Under the pieces are notes generated by a model. It saw nothing but the letters and a program-made list of their open reading frames with translations, made no database searches and was not told where the DNA came from. Positions 47,265 through 57,400 of a DNA stretch of 64,000 nucleotides are shown here, piece by piece (within the stretch, counting starts at the first letter, position 1; every line of letters starts with the position of its first letter). Made by a program: the position numbers and the translations under genes. The DNA comes from Planctomycetota bacterium (GTDB taxonomy: Bacteria > Planctomycetota > Phycisphaerae > Phycisphaerales > SM1A02): contig JADFOJ010000001.1 of NCBI GenBank assembly GCA_022562915.1, positions 51,096 to 115,095 on the forward strand, given 5' to 3'.

Positions 47265-50200
47265 ATGAAAATCACCCGCCGTTTCACGAAGCCGAACAAG
47301 GACGTATTCGAGTCCGTCGAGTGGGATACGCGCCGCAGCCGCATCACCGGCTCGGACGGCAGGGTCGTCTTCGAGATGAAGGACGTGGAGGTCCCCGGAC
47401 AATGGTCGCAGCTCGCCACGGACATCATGGCCAGCAAGTACTTCCGCAAGGCGGGCGTCCCCCAGCTGCACGACGACGGCACACCGAAGCTCGACACGTT
47501 CGATCAGCCCGTCACCGGTGCCGAGAACTCCGTGCGGCAGATCGTCACACGCCTGGCGGGTTGCTGGCGCCACTGGGGGGAGCAGCACAAGTACTTTGAC
47601 AGCCGCAAGGACGCCGAGGCGTTCCACGACGAGCTGGCACACATGCTCCTGAACCAGGTCGCCGCACCCAACAGCCCGCAGTGGTTCAACACCGGGCTCA
47701 ACCTGGCCTACGGCATCACCGGTCCCGCCCAGGGCCACTGGGTGCCCGATCCCGAGACGGGCGAGGCTCGTCCCGCGCCGGACGCGTACACCCACCCGCA
47801 GCCCCATGCGTGCTACATCCAGGCAATCAAGGACGACCTGGTGGGCGAGGGCGGCATCATGGACCTGTGGACGCGCGAGGCGCGTCTGTTCAAGTACGGT
47901 TCCGGCACCGGCACGAATTTTTCCTCGTTGCGCGGAGAGAACGAGCCGCTCTCAGGCGGGGGCAAGAGCTCCGGCCTGATGAGCTTTCTCCGTATCGGCG
48001 ACCGAGCCGCCGGCGCAATTAAGTCGGGCGGAACGACCCGCCGGGCAGCCAAGATGGTATGCCTCGATGCGGACCACCCCGACATCGAGGCCTTCGTCAA
48101 CTGGAAGACGCGGGAAGAACTCAAGGTCGCGGCCATGGTCGAGGGCCTCAAGAACCTTCCCGCCGAACAGCAGGCCCTTGCCGAGAAACTCGGCCTCAAG
48201 CTCGACTACGACTTCAACGGGGAGGCGTACCAGACCGTCAGCGGCCAGAACTCCAACAACTCCGTGCGGCTGCCGGCCTCCTTTTTCGAGGCGATCGACG
48301 CCGACGGCGACTGGCAGCTCATCCGGCGCACCGACGGCCAGATTTCCAAGACGATCAAGGCACGCGACCTGTGGGAGCAGATCTGCTTCGCGGCGTGGCG
48401 ATGCGCCGACCCCGGGCTCCAGTTCGACACGACGATCAACGACTGGCACACCTGCCCCAACATCGGGCGGATCAACGCGAGCAACCCGTGCTCCGAGTAC
48501 CTCTTCGTCGACGACACCGCGTGCAACCTCGCATCGATCAACCTGCTGAAGTTCTACGACCCGGACACACGTATCTTCGACATCGACGGCTTCGAGCACG
48601 CGATCCGGTTGTGGACGATCGTGCTGGAGATCTCCGTGCTGATGGCGGCGTACCCCTCGAAGATCATCGCCGAGCAGAGCTGGCGAACCCGCACGCTCGG
48701 TCTCGGCTACGCCAACCTCGGTGCGATGCTCATGCAGGCGGGCATCCCGTACGACAGCGACGAGGGACGGGCGATCTGCGGAGTCCTGACGGCCGTTCTC
48801 ACCGGACGCGCCTACGCCGTCAGCGCCGAGATGGCCCGCGAGCACGGTCCGTTTGCGGAGTTCGAGTCCAACCGCGATCCGATGCTGAGGGTGATCCGAA
48901 ACCATCGCCGCGCCGCCCACGGCGTCGCCCGCGATTCAGGCGAGTACGAGCAACTGCACATCTCGCCCGTCGCAATCGACCACGAACTCTTCCGCAGCGG
49001 GCGGATCGATCTTGCCAACGCCCAGGACCTGCTCGACAGGGCAACGCTGGCGTGGAACGATGCGCTGCGTCTCGGCGAACGACACGGATTCCGAAACGCC
49101 CAGACGACGGTCATCGCCCCCACCGGCACGATCGGCCTGCTCATGGACTGCGACACGACCGGGGTCGAGCCGGACTTCGCCCTGACCAAGTTCAAAAAGC
49201 TCGCCGGCGGCGGCCACTTCAAGATCGCCAACCAGTCACTGCGACCGGCTCTCGCGGCGCTCGGGTACACCCGCGACGAGATCGACGACATCGCGGCGTA
49301 CGTCATGGGAACGCTGAACCTCGACACGCCGCTTCCCGATGATATCGCCAACGGGCAGGGCACGACCTTCCGCGACCTGCTGGCACAGCACGGCTACACC
49401 TCGGAGGATCTCATGGAGCTGGAGAACCAGCTTCCCACCGTCTTCGAGCTTCGCTTCGCGTTCAACGCGTGGTCGATGCCGAAACAGGTCCTGCAGTCAC
49501 TGGCGATCGACGTCAAGAAGGCACGCGACGACGCGTCGTTCAACGGACTGCGGGCACTCGGTCTCACCGACGCTCAGATCGAGATCCTCAATCAGTCCGT
49601 CTGCGGCACGCAGACGGTGGAGGGTGCCCCGCACCTGTCCGATGAGCATCTGCCCGTCTTTGATTGCGCCAACACGTGCGGCCGCATCGGCAAGCGGTTC
49701 ATTGCCGCCGACGGTCACATCCGGATGATGGCCGCGGCCCAGCCGTTCATTACGGGCGCCATCTCCAAGACGATCAACCTGCCCGCCGGGAGCGAGATCG
49801 AGGACGTCGCCGATGCCTACCGGCTGAGCTGGGAGCTTGGCCTCAAGGCCAACGCTCTGTATCGGGACGGCAGCAAGCTCAGCCAGCCGTTGAGTTCCAC
49901 GAGCGATTCCGCCGCCGACACGTCAGGCCGGGACCAACCCGCCAAGGCGATGGAGGCCGCCCTGGGGGAAGCATTAACCGAAGCTGCGGCAGCGGAGTCT
50001 GCGCCACCGATCTCGTCGATCTCCTTCGATCCCCCCGCGCCGACGGTTAGCGAGCCGGTCATGGTCGAGAGGCCCGAGAGCCCAGAGAGGATCATGAAGG
50101 AGCAGGTCATCGTCCAGCCGCTGCGGCGGCGTCTGCCCGACACCCGGGCCAGCATCACCCACCGCTTCAGCGTGTCGGGCCACGAGGGATATCTCACCGT

Positions 50201-50774
50201 CGGTCTCTATGTCGACGGCAGACCCGGCGAACTCTTTATCACGATGGCCAAGGAGGGCTCGACGATCGGCGGGCTCATGGACTGTCTCGGGACGGCCATC
50301 AGCGTGGCGTTGCAGTACGGCGTTCCCGTCGAGAGCCTCGTGAACAAGTTCGCCCATCAGCGATTCGAGCCGATGGGCATGACGACCAACGCCGACATTC
50401 CGTTCGCCAAGAGCCTGGTCGATTACATCTTCCGCTGGATGGGCATGGAGTTCGTGCCCGGTTACCGCGAGGCCAACGCCCCCAAGCGTCCGTCCAAGAC
50501 AGACCAGGGTACGCCCGGTACAGGCCCGGGCCGCGCCGGGGATACCCCGAAGCAGGCGACGGATGCCATCGGCGCGGGCTTGAACGGACCGTCCCGGGTC
50601 GTCGTGGCGGCGACCAGGACACAACAGGCAACGAGGGTCATGAGCGTCCTGGACCAATCCCATGCGGCATTGATGGGCGACGCACCGGCCTGTGAGGTAT
50701 GTGGTTCGATAACCGTGCGAAGCGGGAGCTGTTACAAGTGCATGGACTGCGGAAATGCCATGGGGTGCAGTTAG
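47265..50774 (+). CDS. nrdJ: Adenosylcobalamin-dependent ribonucleoside-diphosphate/triphosphate reductase (class II, long form)
   Basis: MKITRRFTKPNKDVFESVEWDTRRS...VEVPGQWSQLATDIMASKYF N-terminus. Active-site region NPCSEY and later TNLCGE-type segments. C-terminal Cys cluster CEVCGSITVRSGSCYKCMDCG. Confidence 0.9.
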   Translation: MKITRRFTKPNKDVFESVEWDTRRSRITGSDGRVVFEMKDVEVPGQWSQLATDIMASKYFRKAGVPQLHDDGTPKLDTFDQPVTGAENSVRQIVTRLAGCWRHWGEQHKYFDSRKDAEAFHDELAHMLLNQVAAPNSPQWFNTGLNLAYGITGPAQGHWVPDPETGEARPAPDAYTHPQPHACYIQAIKDDLVGEGGIMDLWTREARLFKYGSGTGTNFSSLRGENEPLSGGGKSSGLMSFLRIGDRAAGAIKSGGTTRRAAKMVCLDADHPDIEAFVNWKTREELKVAAMVEGLKNLPAEQQALAEKLGLKLDYDFNGEAYQTVSGQNSNNSVRLPASFFEAIDADGDWQLIRRTDGQISKTIKARDLWEQICFAAWRCADPGLQFDTTINDWHTCPNIGRINASNPCSEYLFVDDTACNLASINLLKFYDPDTRIFDIDGFEHAIRLWTIVLEISVLMAAYPSKIIAEQSWRTRTLGLGYANLGAMLMQAGIPYDSDEGRAICGVLTAVLTGRAYAVSAEMAREHGPFAEFESNRDPMLRVIRNHRRAAHGVARDSGEYEQLHISPVAIDHELFRSGRIDLANAQDLLDRATLAWNDALRLGERHGFRNAQTTVIAPTGTIGLLMDCDTTGVEPDFALTKFKKLAGGGHFKIANQSLRPALAALGYTRDEIDDIAAYVMGTLNLDTPLPDDIANGQGTTFRDLLAQHGYTSEDLMELENQLPTVFELRFAFNAWSMPKQVLQSLAIDVKKARDDASFNGLRALGLTDAQIEILNQSVCGTQTVEGAPHLSDEHLPVFDCANTCGRIGKRFIAADGHIRMMAAAQPFITGAISKTINLPAGSEIEDVADAYRLSWELGLKANALYRDGSKLSQPLSSTSDSAADTSGRDQPAKAMEAALGEALTEAAAAESAPPISSISFDPPAPTVSEPVMVERPESPERIMKEQVIVQPLRRRLPDTRASITHRFSVSGHEGYLTVGLYVDGRPGELFITMAKEGSTIGGLMDCLGTAISVALQYGVPVESLVNKFAHQRFEPMGMTTNADIPFAKSLVDYIFRWMGMEFVPGYREANAPKRPSKTDQGTPGTGPGRAGDTPKQATDAIGAGLNGPSRVVVAATRTQQATRVMSVLDQSHAALMGDAPACEVCGSITVRSGSCYKCMDCGNAMGCS

Positions 50775-50799
50775 AGGAGACCTGAATACCAGTATCCGA

Positions 50800-50826
50800 G
50801 CCGGCCCTGGCGCTCCGAGGGCCGGC
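50800..50826 (+). terminator. GC-rich stem-loop 26 nt after the nrdJ stop
   Basis: gccggccct-ggcgctccg-agggccggc forms a 9-bp stem. There is no T tract. Confidence 0.4.
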
Positions 50827-51000
50827 CCGACCAGCGATGGGCGGTGACCCGGAAAGGAGATCAGCGAGTGGAAGGATCCAACTTGTGCCCGGTCGGGTAA
50901 TCATGGAACGGACAACTGCCCGACTCCCCGGTCATACGGGGTGGCTTGCTCCAGACCGTCACCGTCCATCGCCTCTTGTCAAGGCTTCTTCCCTTCCCTC

Positions 51001-51040
51001 CCCCCGAAGCGGTTCCCACCGCTGCTTCGGGGGATTTTCT
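51001..51040. terminator. Stem-loop with plus-strand T tract, abutting the stop of the minus-strand EAL gene
   Basis: cccccgaagcgg-ttcccac-cgctgcttcggggg followed by attttct. On the minus strand it begins 5 nt after the TAG at 51039-51041. Confidence 0.55.
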
Positions 51041-52886
51041 ACGCACTGAGCCTCCCCGCCTGCCGGCTCCACCGGCGGTCGGTAATGACGGCGTCGCCGT
51101 CGGCATGCCTGTCCTGGCGCCGCATTCGCAACTGCGTTGCGAGTTCGAAGACCTCGTGCGGACCCCCGACCGACTGCAGGACATCGCGCAGATAGACCAC
51201 CCGGAGCGTCGTCAGCGGCAGCGAGCAGGATTGCCCCTTCGCATCCACGTAGCTGAAGGATTCGTTGCCTTGATCGGCCGGTGAGAAGAACTCGCGCCGG
51301 AGCAGCTCGAAGCCCCCGATCAGGCCCTGGAGGCGGTCCCCTGCCTCACCGGGGAAAGCGAGCATGAACCGGTCCTCGCCGATATGGGCGATGAAGATCG
51401 CCGGCTCGCTGACGTTCAGCAACTGCCCCTGCATCAGTCCCACGAGCCTGCGAAGCATCCGGTCGCCCATCTCGAAGCCGTACGCGCGGTTGTACGCGTC
51501 GAAGTCTCGCAGATCGACGAATGCGATGTGCGCGGGGTCGCCCGAATCGATCCGGTCCGCGAGCCACCCGTCAGCCTGGACGCGGCTCGGCAGACCGGTG
51601 AGCGGCGCGATGTGGGCCGTGGTGTGCCGGTGCGCTTCCGCGGCGGCCAGCAGCAGTTGCCGCATCGTGACCATCCCCGCGACCCGCCCGTCCTCTTCCA
51701 CGATCAGGGGCAGCGCCAACCGCTCGTCGGATCGCGAGCCGACGATGTGCAACGCTTCGGCCAGCGTGATGTCGGCGCCGAGCTGCTCGCAGTCCTCCAG
51801 CCTCGCGGCGCTGAGAGGGATCCGGCCGCGGGTTTCCGCGGCGATCGTATGAAGGCGATCGTGGCTGATCCAGCCGAGGTATCGCAGCCCGTCCAGCACG
51901 ACCACGCCCGACACCGGCAGCTTCGCGGCGACCAGGCTGCAGGCATCCTCGACGGTGTTGAGCTGGTCGCATGTCGGGGTAGGCACCGCGAGGCTGCCGA
52001 TCCGGACGGTCGTAACGTCGTGGAATCGGCGGGACTCAACCTGGCGTGACAGGTCGACGATCTGCTCGCGAACCTGCTCGGTCACGTCGGTGCCCAGCCG
52101 GGCCGGCCGTGCAAGGTAATACCCCTGGGCGTGGGAGACACCGAGCTCGATCAGCGTCGCGAGCTCCTGGGCTCGCTCGACACCCTCGGCGATGAGGTCC
52201 ATGTTGCTGAGCCTGGCGAAGCTGACGAAGAACCGGATCAGGTTCTGCTTCAACGGATCGTCGTCGATGTCGCTGATCAGTTCGCGATCCAGCTTCAGCC
52301 AGTCGGGCCGGGCGTTGGCGATCCGGTTGAGCCCGCTGGTCCCGGCGCCGACGTCGTCGATGGCAACCTGGAAGCCGAGATCGCGCAACGGCCGGATCCG
52401 GGCGTTGAGGTCGTCGATCAGGTCTTCGTCCGCTCGCTCGGTGATCTCGACGACGACCTGCCGGGGATCAAGGCTCGAACCCCGCTCGAGCTCGCGGCAC
52501 AGGCGGTCGATGAACCCGTCGCGAACGAAGACGCGAGGGCTGACATTCAGAAAGAGCCGCGTTCCCTCCGCCCACTGCTGCGACGCCGCCTCGAAAGTGA
52601 GCCGCCGTGTCTCGATCTCGAGCTCGTGCACCATGTCCGTCCGCTCCGCCAGGCGGAACAGCTCGGCCGTATCGGCGAACCCGCTCTCGCTCGGCAGCCG
52701 CGTGAGCGCTTCCACGCCGATGATCTTCCCCGAACGCAGGCTGAGGATCGGCTGGAAGACGATTGCGAGCTCGTCCTGCTCGATGAGGCGTGCCAGGTCC
52801 GCCCGGATCCGTTGGACCGACTTCGATGGAGCGGGGCGTGACTGCACACGGTTCCATCGACCCGTCGACCGCCGCGAATGACCCAA
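51039..52886 (-). CDS. EAL - CBS pair - degenerate GGDEF signalling protein
   Basis: EAL motifs in order: FQPILSL...GVEALTRL, LNVSP, VVEITE, IAIDDVGAG, LKLDRE, AEGVE, HAQGYY. Two CBS-like segments. C-terminal GGDEF fold with FVDLRDFDAYNRAYGF, where the signature reads HIGEDRF instead of GGDEF. Confidence 0.85.
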   Translation of the reverse strand: MGHSRRSTGRWNRVQSRPAPSKSVQRIRADLARLIEQDELAIVFQPILSLRSGKIIGVEALTRLPSESGFADTAELFRLAERTDMVHELEIETRRLTFEAASQQWAEGTRLFLNVSPRVFVRDGFIDRLCRELERGSSLDPRQVVVEITERADEDLIDDLNARIRPLRDLGFQVAIDDVGAGTSGLNRIANARPDWLKLDRELISDIDDDPLKQNLIRFFVSFARLSNMDLIAEGVERAQELATLIELGVSHAQGYYLARPARLGTDVTEQVREQIVDLSRQVESRRFHDVTTVRIGSLAVPTPTCDQLNTVEDACSLVAAKLPVSGVVVLDGLRYLGWISHDRLHTIAAETRGRIPLSAARLEDCEQLGADITLAEALHIVGSRSDERLALPLIVEEDGRVAGMVTMRQLLLAAAEAHRHTTAHIAPLTGLPSRVQADGWLADRIDSGDPAHIAFVDLRDFDAYNRAYGFEMGDRMLRRLVGLMQGQLLNVSEPAIFIAHIGEDRFMLAFPGEAGDRLQGLIGGFELLRREFFSPADQGNESFSYVDAKGQSCSLPLTTLRVVYLRDVLQSVGGPHEVFELATQLRMRRQDRHADGDAVITDRRWSRQAGRLSA

Positions 52887-52937
52887 AACAGCCCTGCACG
52901 GGCGGCTATCTCGGCCGCTGGGGAACCGACGTGGTGG

Positions 52938-53339
52938 CTAATCCCAGCGAAAGACGCCCTTGCGCCATGCGTAGACGTACGCCACGATCGACGTGGCGAT
53001 GAAGAACATGATCCGAGCGAGAAAAAGCGTCGCTTCGGGGCTCCTCGGCTCCAGCTTGGCGAAGGTCACGGCCCACGGGTAGAGGAAGATGATCTCGACG
53101 TCGAAGACCAGGAACGTCATGGCGAGAATGTAGAACCGCACGTTGAACCGCTTGCGGGCCGACCCGATCGGGTTCATGCCGGACTCGTACGGGACGTCCT
53201 TGTTCGCTCCGAGTGTCCTCGGTCCCATCAGGTGGGTGAGGACCATGTTGGCCGTGACGAACAGCACCGCCATCACCACCAGCATCCCGATGGGGATGTA
53301 CAACTCCAGGTTGACCTCGGCCAGGTGCATCGGGGTCAC
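52938..53339 (-). CDS. nuoA: NADH-quinone oxidoreductase subunit A
   Basis: 133 aa with three TM segments. PYESGMNPIGSARKRFNVRFYILAMTFLVFDVEIIFLYPWA is the canonical NuoA/NdhC core. Confidence 0.9.
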   Translation of the reverse strand: MTPMHLAEVNLELYIPIGMLVVMAVLFVTANMVLTHLMGPRTLGANKDVPYESGMNPIGSARKRFNVRFYILAMTFLVFDVEIIFLYPWAVTFAKLEPRSPEATLFLARIMFFIATSIVAYVYAWRKGVFRWD

Positions 53340-53358
53340 AGTGTACGTGCAGCCGCGA

Positions 53359-53386
53359 TTTGCCTCAAGAGGACCGGACGTATACT
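53359..53386 (+). promoter_or_regulatory. Sigma70-like promoter candidate for tRNA-Pro
   Basis: tttgcc/ttgcct (-35, 53359-53365), a 15-16 nt spacer, then tatact (-10, 53381-53386), about 10 nt upstream of the mature tRNA 5' end. Confidence 0.4.
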
Positions 53387-53395
53387 GGTGCAGCG

Positions 53396-53469
53396 CGGGG
53401 TGTAGCTCAGCTTGGCAGAGCGCGGCGTTTGGGTCGCCGAGGCCGCAGGTTCAAATCCTGTCACCCCGA
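53396..53469 (+). tRNA. tRNA-Pro (anticodon UGG)
   Basis: Manual cloverleaf. Acceptor cggggtg/caccccg, D arm gctc-agcttggca-gagc, anticodon arm cggcg-tttgggt-cgccg (TGG with G37), variable aggcc, T arm gcagg-ttcaaat-cctgt, discriminator A. CCA is not encoded. Length 74 nt. Confidence 0.9.
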
Positions 53470-53596
53470 TTTGCCGCGAAGCGGCAAATAGAGAGTAGAG
53501 AGTAGAGCATTGCGCGAAGCACGCGAGTCGTATGCTCTGTGATCGCTTGCAAGCGTTGCCTTTCTACTCGGTCTACTCTCTACTTTCTACTCTCTC
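53469..53596. repeat. Structured, comparatively AT-rich element directly 3' of tRNA-Pro
   Basis: Hairpin atttgccgc-gaa-gcggcaaat (53469-53489). Then agagagtagagagtagag pairs 17/18 with ctctactttctactctct about 70 nt downstream. That stem encloses gagcat...atgctc and the palindrome cgcttgcaagcg. Heptamer gagagta is repeated. Confidence 0.7.
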
Positions 53597-53689
53597 GATC
53601 CACTGGCACATGCCCGTCGGACAGTGCATCACACGCATCCAGCAGGCCAAGTGCTATGGTGTGCCTCTCGATCAACCGGTCGCAGCAAT

Positions 53690-53932
53690 TCACCGGCCGA
53701 AGGAGGGACGAATGACCCGTTCGAAATCCCAGACGATCTGTTCGGCGGTGTCGCTCAAGACCCGGCAGTCGATGACGCCGGTCGCCGAAGGCATCGGCAT
53801 CGGGCGCGACGAGACCCGCTTCACCGGGAAGATCCGCAGCGTCACCGTCGAGGTGAGGGACGTGACGTAGGACCTGGCCACACGTCGGGGCGGCATGTCC
53901 CGCTTGACGTGCGGCCCGATGGGAACGACCAT
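53690..53932 (-). CDS. Small hypothetical protein (80 aa)
   Basis: ATG at 53932. Very high GC3 over the whole ORF, whereas the overlapping plus frame is R/H/D-rich nonsense. Sequence MVVPIGPHVKRDMPPRRVARSYVTSLTSTVTLRIFPVKRVSS...VIDCRVLSDTAEQIVWDFERVIRPS. Confidence 0.5.
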   Translation of the reverse strand: MVVPIGPHVKRDMPPRRVARSYVTSLTSTVTLRIFPVKRVSSRPMPMPSATGVIDCRVLSDTAEQIVWDFERVIRPSFGR

Positions 53933-53953
53933 CGCGGCACGCTGGAGGCGAAC

Positions 53954-54271
53954 ATGAAACGAGGGATCATTCCCGGCATCATTCTGGTGGCCATCATGCT
54001 GCTGACCGGTTCGGCACGTGCCCAGCCACCCTCCCGGAGTCAGTTCGATGACCTGGAAAGTCGAGTATCGACAATAGAGTCCGCGATCGAAAACCTCGCG
54101 AGCGCGGGCCTTGTCATCTTTCTTTTCGGCGCGTTCTGTGCGCTCTGGGCGCAAAACACCGGCCGCAACGCATGGCTCTGGTTCTTCATTGGAGTATTCT
54201 TCAACTTCGTTACCGTGCTGGTACTGCTTTCGAAGAATTCCTCTTCGAGACGGACCAGGGCGACCGGCTGA
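53954..54271 (+). CDS. Small membrane protein (105 aa), lower GC than surroundings
   Basis: ATG at 53954. Signal peptide MKRGIIPGIILVAIMLLTGSARAQ. TM pair LVIFLFGAFCALWA / WLWFFIGVFFNFVTVLVLL. Confidence 0.55.
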   Translation: MKRGIIPGIILVAIMLLTGSARAQPPSRSQFDDLESRVSTIESAIENLASAGLVIFLFGAFCALWAQNTGRNAWLWFFIGVFFNFVTVLVLLSKNSSSRRTRATG

Positions 54272-54312
54272 TGCGCGAGATCCTGGACTTCCTGTCCGAC
54301 TGAGAACAGTGT

Positions 54313-54364
54313 GTGGCACGGTTGAGCGAGCCCGCCAGAAGGCGGACTCGCTCAACCGTGCCAC
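54313..54364. repeat. Palindromic element family, copy E7 (minimal 52-nt near-perfect hairpin)
   Basis: gtggcacggttgagcgag-cccgcc-agaa-ggcgg-actcgctcaaccgtgccac. Consists of the outer arms plus only the sub-hairpin. Confidence 0.85.
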
Positions 54365-54429
54365 CCGCGCGCCCCGAGCGCACGTTACGATGGTGCGTCC
54401 GGCGCACCGCGACCCACCTCGAGGATCCC

Positions 54430-57400
54430 ATGCTCCAGAGATATCTCTCCCAGCGTTTCGGGCACGCTTGCGTCGCCCTGCTGAGCCTGCTGCCGGCGAC
54501 GCTGCTGGCGCTGGGCGCATGCCGGGGCTCGGAGGAACCGGCCGCCGCGCCCGGTGTGGTCGACGACCCGTCCGCGCTGCTGCGCCTGCGCAACCTCGGA
54601 CTGGCGTACCTGGAGGCCGAACGGCACACCGATGCCGCCGGTATCTTCGACGAGCTCATCCAACTGATTCCCGCCGAACCCATGGCCCATGCCAATCGTG
54701 GGCTGATCGCCCTGCGCGAAAGCAAGCTCGTCGAGGCGAAGACCCACCTGGACAGCGCCGCCGAGCTGGCGCCGGACAACGCGGACATCGCCGTCCTTCG
54801 CGCACTGGTGGCGGTCTATGAAGGCGATGACGAGATCGCCCGCGCCGTGCTCCGGCATGCACTGCGCGCAGATCCGGAGCACGTGCGGGCGAGGTGGGCG
54901 CTGGTCGAGGTGTTGCGGCGGCATGATCCAGAAGCCACCGACGCCGCCGACGCGATGGTGGCGCACCTCGAGACACTGCTGCACAACGCCCCGGGGAACG
55001 TCGTCGTTCGTCTTCTCCTGACTCGCCGGCTCCTGGCCGGAGGCGATCTGGATGCCGCACACGCGCATCTGTCGGTGCTGGATGAGCTGGGTATTGCCCA
55101 TGACAATCTCCAGGCCCGGCAACTCCTGGACCAGGTGAAGGATCGCATCGCCGCGGGCGATGCGCCCACGGCGCGGTCCCTGGTCATCGCCCTGAACAAC
55201 GTGGCCAAACCTTCCCGGATCTGGCAGGACTCACTGGCCCAGGTCACGGGCCCGCCCGTACCCGTCGCCGATCCGATCCGGGATTTTCTTGCCACCGGCG
55301 TGCCGGAACCCCGGATCGATCCCCAGTCGATCGACGTCACGTACCGGAACATGGCACCGGCACTCGGCCTCGATGCCGTGCGCGCGCAGCGGGCCGTCAT
55401 GTTCGAGACGGGTGCCGGGGTGGTGCTCGTCGCGGTTGTGGACGGTGCCGTGGAGATTCACGCCCTCGGCGCGGCCGGCCGCTACGAACAGACCCGGCGG
55501 TTCGATCTCCGCGCTCACCCGGGCGATCCCGGACCTGTCGTGACCCGCATCCTCGGCGCCGATATGAACAACGACCGCCGGATGGACCTGGTACTTGGTC
55601 TGGCCGACGGCAGCGCACGGCTCTTCGTGCAGGATGACGACGGCAACTGGCACGGCGGGGCCGGCGAGCCCCTGCTGGAACCGCTGGGCTCGCCGACGAT
55701 GTTCCATGTCCTGCTTCCCTGGGACGCGGACCAGGACGGCGACCTGGATATCCTGGTGGGGCGCAGCGGCGTGCGCGCCGCGCTGCTTCGGAACAATGCC
55801 GATGGCACGTTCACGGAGATCGCAGTCCGTATGGGAATCGCGCGCGACGGCGACCCCACCCACTCCCCCCAGCCCGCCCTGATCGATGCGGCGATCGGGG
55901 ACTTCGATGAGGACGGCGACCTCGACCTGCTTATGGTCGACGCCACGCGACGACTCACCCGTCTCGACAGCAGGCGGTCTGAAGGTTTCGAGCCGAACAG
56001 TCGGGGCGTGCCCCAGGACGCGATCGAATGCATGATCGTTGCGGACTTCGACAACGACGGCTGGCTGGACCTCGCTTTTGTGACCCCTGGCGGCTCGTTG
56101 CGCGTGGGGGCGAACCTTCGGGGCGCGGCGTTCGACGTCCGGACCGTCGGCGCCGTTCAACGCGACGAGTCATCCGTTACGGCGATCCGGAGCCTGGATT
56201 TCGACAATGACGGCTGGCTGGACCTGCTGGTGCTCGCCGGCGGCCGACCGATCCTGTTTCGCAACACCGGCGAACTCACGTTCAGTCTCGCGGCCGGGGT
56301 CCTGCCGCCGCAGGGTCACGGCGTGACGGATGTCCAGGTCGTGGATCACGACTCCGACGGAGATCAGGACCTGTTCGTCTCGGTGGCTGGAGGCGCCTGT
56401 GCCGTCTGGGACAATGTCGGCGGCAACGCGCATGGGTGGCAGGATGTCCAGCTCCATGCCGTCCTGACCGGCGGGCAGCGCAACAACGCCTTCGGTCTCG
56501 GCGGATTCATAGAGATCCGCGCTGGGCGGGCGTACCAGAAGCGATCCGTGCGCGGACCCGTCACGCACTTCGGGCTTGGCGGGTTCGGCCCCCCCGATGC
56601 CATCCGGGTCGTCTGGCCCAACGGCATCCCGCAGAACATTCTGCTGCCGGAACCCGATCAGCTCATCGTCGAGAAGCAGTCGCTCAAGGGATCGTGCCCG
56701 TACCTGCTCACCGACGACGGCAGCGACGACGACAGCGACAGCGACAACGACAGCGACAGGCAACTCCGGTTCGTCACCGACCTGTTGTGGCGGAGCCCGC
56801 TGGGCATGAAGATCAACGCCCAGACCGTGGTCCCGCCCGACGCGACCCGGGATTACGTCAAGATCGAGTCCCGGCAGCTGGCACCGCGCCGCGGGCGATA
56901 CGGCCTGGCGATCACGGCTGCCCTCTGGGAGACGATCTTCGTGGACGAGGTCGAGCTCTGGGCGGTGGACCACCCGTCGGGACTGTACATCTTCGTGGAC
57001 GAACGGTTCCTCGCGCCGAACCTCGCGCCCCTGAAGATCCACGTCGTTGACTCGCTTCGGGCACCAAGGTCCGCGGTGGACCACCGCGGCCGGGACGTGC
57101 TTGACCTTATCGAGGCCCGCGACGGCCGCCGTCTCGGCGGCTTCGCCCGGGGCCCGTACCAGGGGATCGCCGAGGCGCACTACGTGGAACTGGACCTGGG
57201 CCCATGGCCCCGCGGCGAGACGGTGAAGCTCCTCGCCAGCGGCTGGATCATGCCCACCGACACCAGCATCAACATTGCCCTCTCCCAGGGCAGCCATCCG
57301 CCGCCGGTGCCCCTGAGCGTCCACGTCCCGGACGGCGCCGGCGGGTGGATCGAAGTGATCCCCGACGCCGGGTTTCCCGCGGGCAAGCTCAAGACGATCG

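Noticed and set aside
47265-50774. An intein within the unusually long (1169 aa) NrdJ.
   Set aside because: No intein splice-junction blocks were seen (a Cys/Ser start followed by a ...HN[CST] end). The extra length is the Ala/Pro/Ser-rich linker and C-terminal domain typical of long-form class II reductases.
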